Source: a virus. From it: a stretch of DNA of 64,000 nucleotides. This document shows positions 16,862-26,597 of the stretch, in pieces. The stretch is taken from IMG/VR virus record IMGVR_UViG_3300050821_002122, positions 1 through 64,000 of that record, one strand, 5' to 3'. The notes below the pieces were generated by a model. It did no database searches. It was not told where the DNA came from and worked only from the letters and a program-made list of their open reading frames with translations. The position numbers and the translations under genes are program-made. The first letter of the stretch is position 1. The number at the start of each line of letters is the position of its first letter.

Positions 16862-19800
16862 ATGTTAAGATCAACTACGAATCTGGTGGTACCAGAGGAC
16901 CTCCAACTCCCACGGAACGAGCTGAAACGTGGTTTCTTGGCCGTCTACAATAAGGCGTATCCTGGCTTGGAACCAGTGTTCATGAACCGCCTATGGCTCA
17001 GCTTGTTCCTACCAGAGATCGTTCAAGACCCTTCCTACGGTAAGAACCGTAAAGGTATTCGGCAATGGGCCGAATACATGCAGAAACATGCGCACGCCGG
17101 TCACCTCAGCCTCAAGAAGGTGAACGATAACGCTGATCCTCACTTTGTGGCGTCAATACCTTTGTTCTCGTTCGCGCGTAACGATGCGCAGGTAATGGCC
17201 AATAAGTTTTCGTATTGGTTCACTGACGGTAAGAACTTCGACTCGAATTCCGACTCGGTGAACAGCCTCATTGACGTGCTTAAAGACACCAGTGCGCCTG
17301 CCGAAGAGTTGGTGTCGAAGGTCGTACCAGGTGCACAGGCTATCCCGAAGATCATTGGTATCGATGCGAAGATGCATGCGGAACTCACCGAGACTCTGCT
17401 GGCAGTCAGGCTGGTGTATGTTGGTCTGCTCGCCGTCGTCATGATCGATTTCAAGATCAGCAAAGCTATTGCTCAGCAGTTGACTACCACTGAATGGGTG
17501 ATGATCCGTAATACCGATCTGTACCCTCTGTTGTTGCAATGGGTTGCAGGACAATTTGGTTTTACGGTCGATACGCCGCTGGCTGCGTTCCCGCTGTCGA
17601 AGATCGCCAAGACGCTGCCTCGCGTGCAGGAAGGTCAGGCGCGTGTGAACAAAGATGGGTTGGCCATCGATCCGCAGGGTATGCCTCTGTGGTTGCCTGA
17701 GAAGCTGGATAACACCTCTCGTTATGAGGATTTGTTCACGCAGGCTGGTGACAACGGTGACGGTACGTTCAGTCTTCTGAAGATTGCCGACCACGCAAAG
17801 CTGGCTGACCTGAACCAGCCACCAAAGAATAAACTGCCAGCAAACATACCCGTGCTGATCGATTGGGTGAACTTCAAGTATTCCTATACTCAATCGAACG
17901 GTATCCTGAAGGTACAGAATCTGTCGCGCTTCAAGGCCGCTGAACCGTCGCACATCCACAACCTGTTGTTGCGCCTGCGGATTAGCGACAAGCAACTTGG
18001 CGCCATAGCCAACATAGCGGCATCGGTTGGCGTATCGTCGGAGATAAAGATCAAGTCTGCCGAATTGGAGGCAATCGACAAGATCGATAGTATCATCGCC
18101 AATAAGATCAACCGTCCTCTGGAATTGGAAGAGTACTGGGGCTGGGCTACGCAGTTCTTTACCCAGCATATCAAAGATGATGTGGTCCTTAACGATATTG
18201 CAGTCGACGGTGAAGAGATTTTCCGTCCGGTTGCTCGTTTCCTTAACCAAGCACGTGCCTCCATCTTGACCAATTTGGATGCAGTGAACCTGAAATACTC
18301 GGTGGCAGGTGTGTCCGCCAACCTAGGTTTGTTGACGCTTATCAAGTATGCCGGTGACGCCGATGTTCACCTTGCGGCGGCTGCGGCTAACGCTGCGGCA
18401 ACCAATCAAGGCGTCGATCCGAAATGGGAACCGCCTTCGGTACCGATGATTAGCGACCGATTCGGTTTGCTACCGCACCAGAAGAAGGTGCGCAACCTGC
18501 TGAAAGATTCGCCGGACTTTGCCATCTTACCAGTACAGGCAGGTGGTGGTAAAACTCCGCTGGCCATCTTGGATGTCTGCTACGAGATTAAGGCCAACCG
18601 CAGTCAGCCTTACCTGATCTTGTGCCCTTCGCACTTGGTTCCCCAATACGTCAAAGAACTGGTGTTCTTCACCGCTGGTAAGATCAACGTCGTGCCTATC
18701 AATACCTATGTCACCGATCGTAATGGCTTCGAGCGGCTTACCAAGATGCTGGAAGGTGCACCTCGCAATACCGTTGTCGTCGCCGACTACGATGTGCTGC
18801 GGCAAAAACAGCGTCAGGTGTGCTACGGTACGACGTCGGTCACCGTCTATCCGATCATCGAATTCCTGCGTCAGTTCGACTTCAAGTATGCTCTGTTGGA
18901 CGAATCGCATTTCGTCAAAAACGATTCGCAACGGACTCGCGCATGTATGGCTCTGATCGCGGACATACCGAAGAAGCGTCTCGCCTCTGGTACGATGGCA
19001 CACGACTCTCCATCCGATTTGGCGATTCAGATTTCGATGCTGGACCCAACGCTGTTCGGTTCGCGTAGCGATTTCAATAACCGCTATGGTTCTACCGTTA
19101 AAGGTGATCGTGTCATCGAGTGGAAACCTGGTGCGCAGCATGCTATCAACGCTGCCATCAAAACCCGAGTCGTCATTGCTAAGGCGATGCGTAAAGAGTG
19201 GGCGGCTCTGTTGCCTCAGGCGGAGGAGAACTTCCTTGGTGTGGAACTCACACCAGCACAGCAGCAAGTCTACCAGGCTATCTTGACTGAAGCCTTGGAT
19301 AAGATGCGTGAGGACGCGAAGAACAACAAGACGTTGCAAAAGTTCTTTAAGTCTGGTGCACAGCAGGTGAAGGAGGATGTAGCTGAAGGTGAAGAGGCAG
19401 ACGAGGAAGAAGACGCAGCCGATGAGGATGCTGGTGCTGACCTAGAGGCTTTGTTGGGTTTCTATCTTGCGCGTCTTGAACAGTATATCACTGCGCCGGC
19501 ACGCGATCCTTTGGGTGACAAAGTACTGAAGGGCGATGATCGTCGTTCTCCTAAGGTGAACATGATTATCGAGCGTTGCAAGCTACACCTTGACCAGAAC
19601 CTCGAAGGTAAGATTCTGATCTTCACCAATTATACGGAATCCGCTGAGGAGATTTTCGAGGCGTTCCCGGATAACATGAAAGCCCAGGCATTGCTGTATC
19701 GTGCTGCGGAAAAGGTCGAAGCCGGTAACAAATTCGAGAACGATGATAACTGCCGTATCATGGTTGGTGTCGAGAACTCGATGAATACTGGTTTGAACTT

Positions 19801-21448
19801 CCAGTACGTCAGCCGCTTGATTCGTGTGGAAACCGTTTGGAACCCAGGCACTTTGGAGCAAGGTAACTCCCGTGTTAACCGTCCTGAACTGAAAAAGGCC
19901 GACCGTCGTGACCGTATCTATTACGACTGGATTATGGCCAATAAGACCCTGGATATTACCAAGATCAGCCGTCTGATCTCCAAGGTTATTGCAGTTGCCA
20001 AGTTTGAGAACACCGAGAATGCGGCATACGAAGAGGTGCCAAACGTCAAGGTCATTGCGATGAACACGGATTCGATCCAGTTGATGAATGATTGGAACGA
20101 GAATCTGGTTGAATATGCTGACGCCTACAAGACCTACAACACGATCAAAATCGAGGACTATCGTGAGTACCGTGAGAAGCATGGTGAACTGAAGCTGGAG
20201 GCGCTGACCATGGCCCCTACGCCGAAAGATGCCAAGCTGATGGCGGAGGTTCCTTACGTACCTGGTTTAGATATCTACCAAGCCTCACAATTGGGTCTGG
20301 TTCGCGTTGATGAATTCCTCCGTTTGGACTCTTTGGCGGGTGCTACTGAATCGGAAGAAGAAACTGAAGATTCGGAAGATGAATCCCAAATGACCGAAAA
20401 GCAAAAGGCGAAACGGCTGGCTGCTCAATCGTTGGTTGGTCAGGCGATTCACACGGAGTTTGGTGACGGTATCATCAAGTCTGTCATGATGGGTGAGAAG
20501 CGCGTCAACGTAGCACTGAACAATGGTTACCTTGTTCGCGTTGCGATGGCATCGTCGTACATCATTACCAAGAAAACAACCTCTGGTAAAGAAATACGTC
20601 AACAGCTTTTGGAGCAAGTGGGTGTCTTCCGCGACGAGAAAGGCAAGGTGACTAAGAAGGAAGAACCAATGCCTACTGTCAAGCCTACCGATATCATGAG
20701 TCCTAAATTCCGCCGCAACAAAGCAGCAGAGCGGCAACAGGAACGCGAGAAAGATAAGCCCACCAAGGTAGTCAAAGAGGTCAAAGAAGGTCCAGTCCTC
20801 AATGTCGAATTGGTGATGAACGTCAGCAATGGCTTCCTGGGTATTACCTATTTCGTGGAAGACGACAATGCAAAGGCAGCATTGCAGGCTTTGGGCTTCC
20901 GTCCGGTACCGCAGTTCGCGCTAGCAAAGGTGAAGAATGCTCGACAACTGATTAGTCAGTTTAAAGCATGGGAAGCGAAGGGCTTCACTCTTGACGAGCA
21001 GATTCGTAAGATGCGAGCAGCCGCCGCGTTTGAAGACCTGGCTGTTATTCTCAAGAGCGGTAATCTGGAACATGCGCGCGTGGGCTTCAACTTCGCTACC
21101 AAGAACCAGCTTACCAACTTCTTCCGCTTGGAAAGCAAACCCTCTGCCTCCAAGAACGAGATCAAGCCGTATCCAATGATCGAGGATGGTAGCGCTTATA
21201 TCGTTATGCACACGCGCGGTCAACCAGCCAACCTTCGCGCAATGAAAGTGAAGGTTCCCGGTGTCACTTGGCAGCATGGTGCAGACTCGATGGTTTTCTA
21301 CGGTCTTGACCTGGCGCATACTGGCCAAAAGATTAAAGAGATTCAGGCAGCTGGCATACAGATCGCTAACGTCAAGGACCTGGCAGCACACTTCAAGCTC
21401 CTGAAGAAGATCAAGATCAGGAATGCTGAGGATAAGACTTCGATTTAA
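16862..21448 (+). CDS. Large SNF2/SF2-family helicase-like ATPase (1528 aa)
   Basis: LLPHQ, QAGGGKT (Walker A), LDESH, ASGT, ILIFTNY, MNTGLNFQ and WNPGTLEQGNSRVNR. Confidence 0.85.
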   Translation: MLRSTTNLVVPEDLQLPRNELKRGFLAVYNKAYPGLEPVFMNRLWLSLFLPEIVQDPSYGKNRKGIRQWAEYMQKHAHAGHLSLKKVNDNADPHFVASIPLFSFARNDAQVMANKFSYWFTDGKNFDSNSDSVNSLIDVLKDTSAPAEELVSKVVPGAQAIPKIIGIDAKMHAELTETLLAVRLVYVGLLAVVMIDFKISKAIAQQLTTTEWVMIRNTDLYPLLLQWVAGQFGFTVDTPLAAFPLSKIAKTLPRVQEGQARVNKDGLAIDPQGMPLWLPEKLDNTSRYEDLFTQAGDNGDGTFSLLKIADHAKLADLNQPPKNKLPANIPVLIDWVNFKYSYTQSNGILKVQNLSRFKAAEPSHIHNLLLRLRISDKQLGAIANIAASVGVSSEIKIKSAELEAIDKIDSIIANKINRPLELEEYWGWATQFFTQHIKDDVVLNDIAVDGEEIFRPVARFLNQARASILTNLDAVNLKYSVAGVSANLGLLTLIKYAGDADVHLAAAAANAAATNQGVDPKWEPPSVPMISDRFGLLPHQKKVRNLLKDSPDFAILPVQAGGGKTPLAILDVCYEIKANRSQPYLILCPSHLVPQYVKELVFFTAGKINVVPINTYVTDRNGFERLTKMLEGAPRNTVVVADYDVLRQKQRQVCYGTTSVTVYPIIEFLRQFDFKYALLDESHFVKNDSQRTRACMALIADIPKKRLASGTMAHDSPSDLAIQISMLDPTLFGSRSDFNNRYGSTVKGDRVIEWKPGAQHAINAAIKTRVVIAKAMRKEWAALLPQAEENFLGVELTPAQQQVYQAILTEALDKMREDAKNNKTLQKFFKSGAQQVKEDVAEGEEADEEEDAADEDAGADLEALLGFYLARLEQYITAPARDPLGDKVLKGDDRRSPKVNMIIERCKLHLDQNLEGKILIFTNYTESAEEIFEAFPDNMKAQALLYRAAEKVEAGNKFENDDNCRIMVGVENSMNTGLNFQYVSRLIRVETVWNPGTLEQGNSRVNRPELKKADRRDRIYYDWIMANKTLDITKISRLISKVIAVAKFENTENAAYEEVPNVKVIAMNTDSIQLMNDWNENLVEYADAYKTYNTIKIEDYREYREKHGELKLEALTMAPTPKDAKLMAEVPYVPGLDIYQASQLGLVRVDEFLRLDSLAGATESEEETEDSEDESQMTEKQKAKRLAAQSLVGQAIHTEFGDGIIKSVMMGEKRVNVALNNGYLVRVAMASSYIITKKTTSGKEIRQQLLEQVGVFRDEKGKVTKKEEPMPTVKPTDIMSPKFRRNKAAERQQEREKDKPTKVVKEVKEGPVLNVELVMNVSNGFLGITYFVEDDNAKAALQALGFRPVPQFALAKVKNARQLISQFKAWEAKGFTLDEQIRKMRAAAAFEDLAVILKSGNLEHARVGFNFATKNQLTNFFRLESKPSASKNEIKPYPMIEDGSAYIVMHTRGQPANLRAMKVKVPGVTWQHGADSMVFYGLDLAHTGQKIKEIQAAGIQIANVKDLAAHFKLLKKIKIRNAEDKTSI

Positions 21449-21451
21449 ACC

Positions 21452-21483
21452 AAAGCGATGGGCTTTTGGCCCATCGCTTTTTT
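21452..21483 (+). terminator. Intrinsic terminator
   Basis: AAAGCGATGGGC / GCCCATCGCTTT 12-bp stem plus a T run. Confidence 0.8.
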
Positions 21484-21500
21484 ACGGTTCTCGAGGTCTA

Positions 21501-21508
21501 CAATTTAA
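21501..21508 (+). promoter_or_regulatory. Putative late-promoter box CAATTTAA
   Basis: Directly after the terminator and upstream of ATG 21534. Confidence 0.5.
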
Positions 21509-21533
21509 TGTTTTCGTCGAAAGGAACCTCAAA

Positions 21534-21992
21534 ATGAACTACTCGCTCATCAAAAAAGCAATGGCTTCTGTGGGTCACGTCGTCACCAAAGGTGAAGCCT
21601 GGGCTGCTTCCGATGCCGCTGCATTCCGTGACTTCGCTCACTTCACGCTGGGTATCCCGCATGATGCCGCCCATGGCATCTTGATGTTCCATGCTCATTT
21701 TGAAGATGCGTGGACCAAGATCAAGAGCCTGGCCGGTCACCCTACCGCTGCAACGCCCGTCGAAGTTCCTGCACCAGTTGCAGTTGAACCAGCACCTGCT
21801 GCTCCGGTTACCACTCCGGTTGCTTCGGTTACCACTTCGGTTGCTGAGGCTGCTCCTGCGACGCCTGCACCAGTCGAATCGGCTGCGCCAGCTACCGAAA
21901 CTGCTGCTGATGAAACTGCTGCACCAGCAAAAGAAACTGAGACTCCGCCTGTCGCCGTTCAGACCATGAACGTTTCTGGCACTGAGGCTTAA
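21534..21992 (+). CDS. Protein with Pro/Ala/Thr-rich low-complexity tail
   Basis: AAGGA RBS before ATG 21534, PAPVAVEPAPAAPVTT-type tail. Confidence 0.7.
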   Translation: MNYSLIKKAMASVGHVVTKGEAWAASDAAAFRDFAHFTLGIPHDAAHGILMFHAHFEDAWTKIKSLAGHPTAATPVEVPAPVAVEPAPAAPVTTPVASVTTSVAEAAPATPAPVESAAPATETAADETAAPAKETETPPVAVQTMNVSGTEA

Positions 21993-21994
21993 TC

Positions 21995-22384
21995 ATGGTA
22001 GCCCGGTCCTTAGGTAACCACGCGCCTGGTTTCAAAGGTAGGCAGATGAGCGGCATCGGAACGGCGGCTAAGCCTATGGGACTGGGCTGGGATTCGTTCG
22101 TTGCCACCGACTCAGGCGATCAGCTGGTGATCCAGCTTTCGTCTATCGTGATAGGTGACATTAACTTCGGTGTCTTCTTTCAGGCATCGTCGGCGATTAC
22201 CGTCGAGTTCACGCTGAGCAATGTGGCCACTGCGACTGATCCCGATCCTGCTGCGAATGCGGCAACGATATGGGGTAACTCACTGTCGGTTCCCGCTGGT
22301 CAGATCACTCAGGCACCCGTACTGTTCACTGCCTGCCGTATCACATTCACTGGTCCTTGCGAGGGCTACATAGGAGTCCGATAA
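21995..22384 (+). CDS. Small beta-rich structural protein
   Basis: Position in the head module and a beta-strand-like pattern. Exact start uncertain. Confidence 0.55.
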   Translation: MVARSLGNHAPGFKGRQMSGIGTAAKPMGLGWDSFVATDSGDQLVIQLSSIVIGDINFGVFFQASSAITVEFTLSNVATATDPDPAANAATIWGNSLSVPAGQITQAPVLFTACRITFTGPCEGYIGVR

Positions 22385-23139
22385 TGTTTGAACTCCATAC
22401 TGAGCGTGATATACGCCACTTCTCGGAGCAGAAACCGAATGTCATCTCGGCTGCAGTTCAGTCGGAACAGGTAACCGATGCAAACGAAACACCGCAGTTG
22501 CTCAGCGGTCTCGACTGCGTAACCTGGTTACCTTACGCCGCCAAGTTGTACCACATCAGCCCTCGAATAGAGGACTACATTCTGGTGGTCACTCCTATCT
22601 GCCCATCGGATATCCCGAATCGAAACGGTATCGGGTTCCCTTTGAATGAGCTGACAAGATTCCAAGAACCTCCTGTCGCCCGGATGGCATACAAGACTTG
22701 GAGTGGTTGCCCCGTTCACTACGAACACGCGAATGAGGACCACACCAAAGCTTATGGCGTCATTCTGGATACCTCACTGCATAAGGTGTCTGGTTACGGT
22801 CAAGGCAAGCTGTGGAAGGTCATGGGTCTGCTGGCAATAGATCGGCTGAAGTACCCAAAGATGGCAGAGCGTATCCTGCACAATGAGGTAAACACTTACT
22901 CGATGGGCGCTTTAGTTGATTCGTTCTCGTGTTCGCATTGTGGTGAGCCGATGTCGGAGAAGTCCTACTGCCAGCATCTGAACCCGCGCAACGAAATCGA
23001 TTGGCAGGCACTGCCGAACTACCGAGGTCCAACATCGCTGGCATTCCGTAACAGCCATGGTATCCAAGGTATCGAAACTAGTATCGTCGAATCACCAGCG
23101 TGGTCGACGGCACTAAGCGACCACATCCTAACTCGATAG
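22384..23139 (+). CDS. Prohead (head maturation) protease
   Basis: PVHYEH (His), TYSMG (Ser), CSHC Zn motif and ETSIVESPA. Lies upstream of the scaffold and capsid genes. TAATG overlap at the start. Confidence 0.8.
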   Translation: MFELHTERDIRHFSEQKPNVISAAVQSEQVTDANETPQLLSGLDCVTWLPYAAKLYHISPRIEDYILVVTPICPSDIPNRNGIGFPLNELTRFQEPPVARMAYKTWSGCPVHYEHANEDHTKAYGVILDTSLHKVSGYGQGKLWKVMGLLAIDRLKYPKMAERILHNEVNTYSMGALVDSFSCSHCGEPMSEKSYCQHLNPRNEIDWQALPNYRGPTSLAFRNSHGIQGIETSIVESPAWSTALSDHILTR

Positions 23140-23146
23140 GAAGATC

Positions 23147-23347
23147 ATGAAAATCGAAGCCGCCACTCGCCTGAAGGCATTTGAAGATGCCGATAAGGAA
23201 CGCATCGCAGACCTCCAACGTGACATCATGAACCTTGAGGAAGACGTCAAGGACATGGAAGAGAACGATGAGGACGCAACACAGGAAAGAAAGCAGTTGG
23301 AAGACCGTCGGGAAGAGCTACGAAAACTCAAAGAAAGCAAACAGTAA
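23147..23347 (+). CDS. Acidic coiled-coil protein with MKIEAA leader
   Basis: MKIEAATRLKA. Lies between the protease and scaffold genes. Confidence 0.75.
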   Translation: MKIEAATRLKAFEDADKERIADLQRDIMNLEEDVKDMEENDEDATQERKQLEDRREELRKLKESKQ

Positions 23348-23352
23348 TTTAA
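23345..23352 (+). promoter_or_regulatory. Putative late-promoter box variant TAATTTAA
   Basis: Upstream of the scaffold start at 23380. It overlaps a stop codon, so support is weaker. Confidence 0.35.
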
Positions 23353-23379
23353 CATCTGTCACTAACAAAGGAGGGCAAC

Positions 23380-24702
23380 ATGCCTATCAAAGAACAACTG
23401 GCCAAGGTAAAAACCAAAGCTGGTTCTACGCACGATGGTAATGGTGGCGACGTGGCAATTCCGAATGCCGATCAGGATTTGGAAAACAACATGTTCGCCG
23501 ACACGCTGATCGATCCCGAAGACATGACCGGCGGCAGTACGCACTCCATGACTGCCAGCAAGAAGCGCGTCAAGGCTGACGCTGATTGCATCCAGCAGAA
23601 CGTGGGTACGTTGCCTAACGATTCGGAACCAGCCAAAGGCTATCTGGAAAACGCATCCGAAGAAGACTTCGAGGTCGATGACGACGAGATGGACGAAGAC
23701 GAAGTTGCGGCCGGTTTGGACCCAGCACTGACCAACAACAATTCGTCGACGCCGCTGGAAGCTGACGCCGAAGATGCTGATTGGGACGCACCGATCAGCA
23801 ACGCCGAAGACGACATCGAAGAAGGTGAAGGCGCTATCGCCGACGACGCGCAGGTTGAGGTCGAGGAACCAGAAGAAATGGCTTCCGGCGACGAAGAAAT
23901 GTCGTTGATGGACATCGATGAGGTTCCTGACGAAGACACCAATGTGGCGTTCGCTACCTTGGGTACTCGCGTCATGGTCATTCGCGCCAATCGCATCATC
24001 GCCACGATGACTGCCAAAACCGCCGCTTCGCTGGGTCGCGATGATGTCTATCTGACCGATCAGTTCCAAGAAGTAACGGCGATGGAAATCGGCAAACAAG
24101 GTCTTCGCAAAGGCTTGCGTTCGATGGGTTTCATCGAAGCCAAGGTGAACGTTGCCAAACGTAAAGCAGTCAATGCTCGTGTGGCATTGCTGGTCACCAA
24201 GCAAACGGCTGCCGTCCGCAAGGTCGCACAGGTCAACGCTGCTGCCATGGAACAAGCGATGGCTATCGCAGCCGTCGGTATTAACCGCAAATTCTTCCAA
24301 GGTGCAAAGAACGAACTGCGCGATGCACTGGAAGCAGCAATGGTTCAGGCAGGCGTGCGCAATGCTGGTCGTATCTTGACCACTGCATTCGCTGAAGCAG
24401 GTCCTGCCTACGCCAAGCAAATCTGCGAACTGGCCACCAAGCTGTCGATGATGCCGAAAGAAACCCGTGCTGGTTTCGTGGCTGCGTTGGACATGACTTC
24501 TGGTGACATGGAAGACGACGCCGATACGATCCCGGTCGGTGAGGAATCCATGGACGGTACAGAAGAAGACGATGTGATGCCAGCAACCATGGCAACCGCA
24601 GGCGTCACGCTTCGCAAAACCGGTAACACCGTACGTTCGGGTATGTTGTCCGTAGAAGCATCGGCGCGTTTGGCAGGTGACTTGCCGATGTTCATTCGTT
24701 GA
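23380..24702 (+). CDS. Scaffold/prohead core protein
   Basis: Very acidic disordered N-terminal half and helical C-terminal half. Position between protease and capsid genes. Strong codon bias. Confidence 0.7.
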   Translation: MPIKEQLAKVKTKAGSTHDGNGGDVAIPNADQDLENNMFADTLIDPEDMTGGSTHSMTASKKRVKADADCIQQNVGTLPNDSEPAKGYLENASEEDFEVDDDEMDEDEVAAGLDPALTNNNSSTPLEADAEDADWDAPISNAEDDIEEGEGAIADDAQVEVEEPEEMASGDEEMSLMDIDEVPDEDTNVAFATLGTRVMVIRANRIIATMTAKTAASLGRDDVYLTDQFQEVTAMEIGKQGLRKGLRSMGFIEAKVNVAKRKAVNARVALLVTKQTAAVRKVAQVNAAAMEQAMAIAAVGINRKFFQGAKNELRDALEAAMVQAGVRNAGRILTTAFAEAGPAYAKQICELATKLSMMPKETRAGFVAALDMTSGDMEDDADTIPVGEESMDGTEEDDVMPATMATAGVTLRKTGNTVRSGMLSVEASARLAGDLPMFIR

Positions 24703-24754
24703 TTCACAAAGCGTAGTTTTACATCGTATCACAAATTAACTATTGGAGGTTTCA

Positions 24755-25426
24755 ATGATCTACGGTCCACTTTCCAAGTACCCAGACTCGGCGGAAGCTG
24801 CCGTTGCACCAGGCGTCTTCATCACCGCTGAGGGCCTGGCCCTGGTACGCGCAGCAGGCGCCCAATCCGCTGGCGTCATGCCATCGACCGGTACTTCTGC
24901 CGACGTCTTCTGCGGCTTCTCGTTGGCCGGCACTTCCGCTGCGCCATTTGCTGAAGGTTACGCCAACAAGATCGAATCGTTCGTTGTTCCAGCGACCGGT
25001 ATCGTGACCCTGCAGTTCACGCCGGTTACCGGTCAGGTCTTCGTCTTCGACGTTACCTCGAACGCAGCAGTTCCATCGCCAACCGTTTCGGGCAAACAAG
25101 TCACTGGCTTGACCGTCGGCGACCAAGTCAACGTTACCTACAAGTACGCGCTGACCGTCGTTCAGGCTCGCGCTCTGAGCGGCGACGTACAACCTGGTGG
25201 CTACAGCGGTGCGTACATCGGTCAAATCGGCCTGATCAAACGCGGCCTGATCTACACTTCGGAGTACGATGCCTCGAAGGACTGGACGGCAGCGACTGCG
25301 ATCAAGCTGCAAGCTGGCGGCCAAGTCACCGACCAAACCGGCTCGGGCGTCACGATCCCCGGCTACGTCGTAGCGGCTCCTGGTTCGGATATCCCGTTCT
25401 TGGGCATCGAATTCTCGGCAGCTTAA
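24755..25426 (+). CDS. Capsid decoration/cement-like protein
   Basis: GGAGG RBS, Gly/Thr/Val-rich beta protein immediately before the MCP, highly biased codons. Confidence 0.6.
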   Translation: MIYGPLSKYPDSAEAAVAPGVFITAEGLALVRAAGAQSAGVMPSTGTSADVFCGFSLAGTSAAPFAEGYANKIESFVVPATGIVTLQFTPVTGQVFVFDVTSNAAVPSPTVSGKQVTGLTVGDQVNVTYKYALTVVQARALSGDVQPGGYSGAYIGQIGLIKRGLIYTSEYDASKDWTAATAIKLQAGGQVTDQTGSGVTIPGYVVAAPGSDIPFLGIEFSAA

Positions 25427-25451
25427 TGCCCTTCAACTACGGAGAACAACT

Positions 25452-26543
25452 ATGAATCAGAAAGTCAAAATCGGCGCGGCCAAAGTGCCAAGCATCGCTG
25501 TCGCAGCTTCCGAGTACCGGTTCCAAGGAAGCAACGAACGCGCGGTCGGCCAAAACGGCGAGCTTAACGCATCCAGCAAACGCGATCTGCTGAACCAACA
25601 GGTCAAGTTCCTGAGTGCAGCCTCCAGTGGCGCCCTGATGTCGAACGAAGCCAAGCTGAACGAGCAAGCCGAAGTCCGCGCATCCCGCGAGCTGACGCTG
25701 GCTGCATTCAACGACGCATCGGTGCATCGCGTCCTGGGTGAGCGTATGGCCGACAGCCTGTTCATCACTGCCAACCGTCAGGGCTTCATGCGCAAGTATC
25801 TGGCGCGCGTGCAAGTCGACCAAGGTACGGTGCCTCGCTTCCCACTGCGTACCAAAAACGTGACTGCTGTATGGTCGACTTCGCCAACGCGTATCGACAG
25901 CCAGATCACTCGCGACAAATGGTACACCCCGCCAGAACTGTCGATTGTGGCACGCCCGTTCGTTACCCAGAACGAGCTGAACCAATCGGCCGGCGACGTG
26001 CTGCAAGAGAAGTACGTCGAGGCGACGGAAGCGATCATGGTTGCAGAAGATCGCCTGTGGTACAACCAGGTCAACCAAATCGTCGGTATCGACAACAACC
26101 TGTCGATCATCAGCGGTCAGCTGACCCCGTTCACCCTGATGCAAGTGCAGACCAACGTCACTCGCTGGGGCCTGAAAGCACCGCACATCCTGATGGCTTC
26201 CGATCTGTATCAGGACATCGTCGGTAACAGCGAGTTCTACAACGCTGTCGATCCTGTCGCTCGCCACGAATTGCTGCTGACTGGCGAACTGGCTGTGATG
26301 TACGGCATGACCATCACTTCGGATGCGTATCGTCACCCTGAACACAAGGTGCTGAGCCAAGGCGAGTTCTTCGTCATCTCCGCAGCGCTGAACCCCGGTG
26401 CCTACTCGGATCGCGGTGGCCTGAACAGCAAGCCGACCGACATCGTCAACGAGAAAATCCCAGGCATGGGCTGGGTGATCCATGAAGAAATCGCAATCTC
26501 GGTTGCCAACAGCCGCTCGGTCGCCAAAGGCGTTCGCGTCTAA
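25452..26543 (+). CDS. Major capsid protein (HK97-fold type)
   Basis: 363 aa with the strongest codon bias in the region. Synteny protease-scaffold-decoration-MCP. Contains LQEKYVEATEAIMVAEDRLWYN and a C-terminal EEIAISVANSRSVAKG pattern. Confidence 0.8.
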   Translation: MNQKVKIGAAKVPSIAVAASEYRFQGSNERAVGQNGELNASSKRDLLNQQVKFLSAASSGALMSNEAKLNEQAEVRASRELTLAAFNDASVHRVLGERMADSLFITANRQGFMRKYLARVQVDQGTVPRFPLRTKNVTAVWSTSPTRIDSQITRDKWYTPPELSIVARPFVTQNELNQSAGDVLQEKYVEATEAIMVAEDRLWYNQVNQIVGIDNNLSIISGQLTPFTLMQVQTNVTRWGLKAPHILMASDLYQDIVGNSEFYNAVDPVARHELLLTGELAVMYGMTITSDAYRHPEHKVLSQGEFFVISAALNPGAYSDRGGLNSKPTDIVNEKIPGMGWVIHEEIAISVANSRSVAKGVRV

Positions 26544-26597
26544 GTGAGAGGGTGCCTTCGCGGGCACCTCTTACACAACATCACAAGGAGCATCAAG

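Noticed and set aside
26547-26572. Hairpin after the major capsid gene as a terminator
   Set aside because: The stem is bulged and has no convincing U-tract. It may be a stabilising or attenuating hairpin, but support is too weak.
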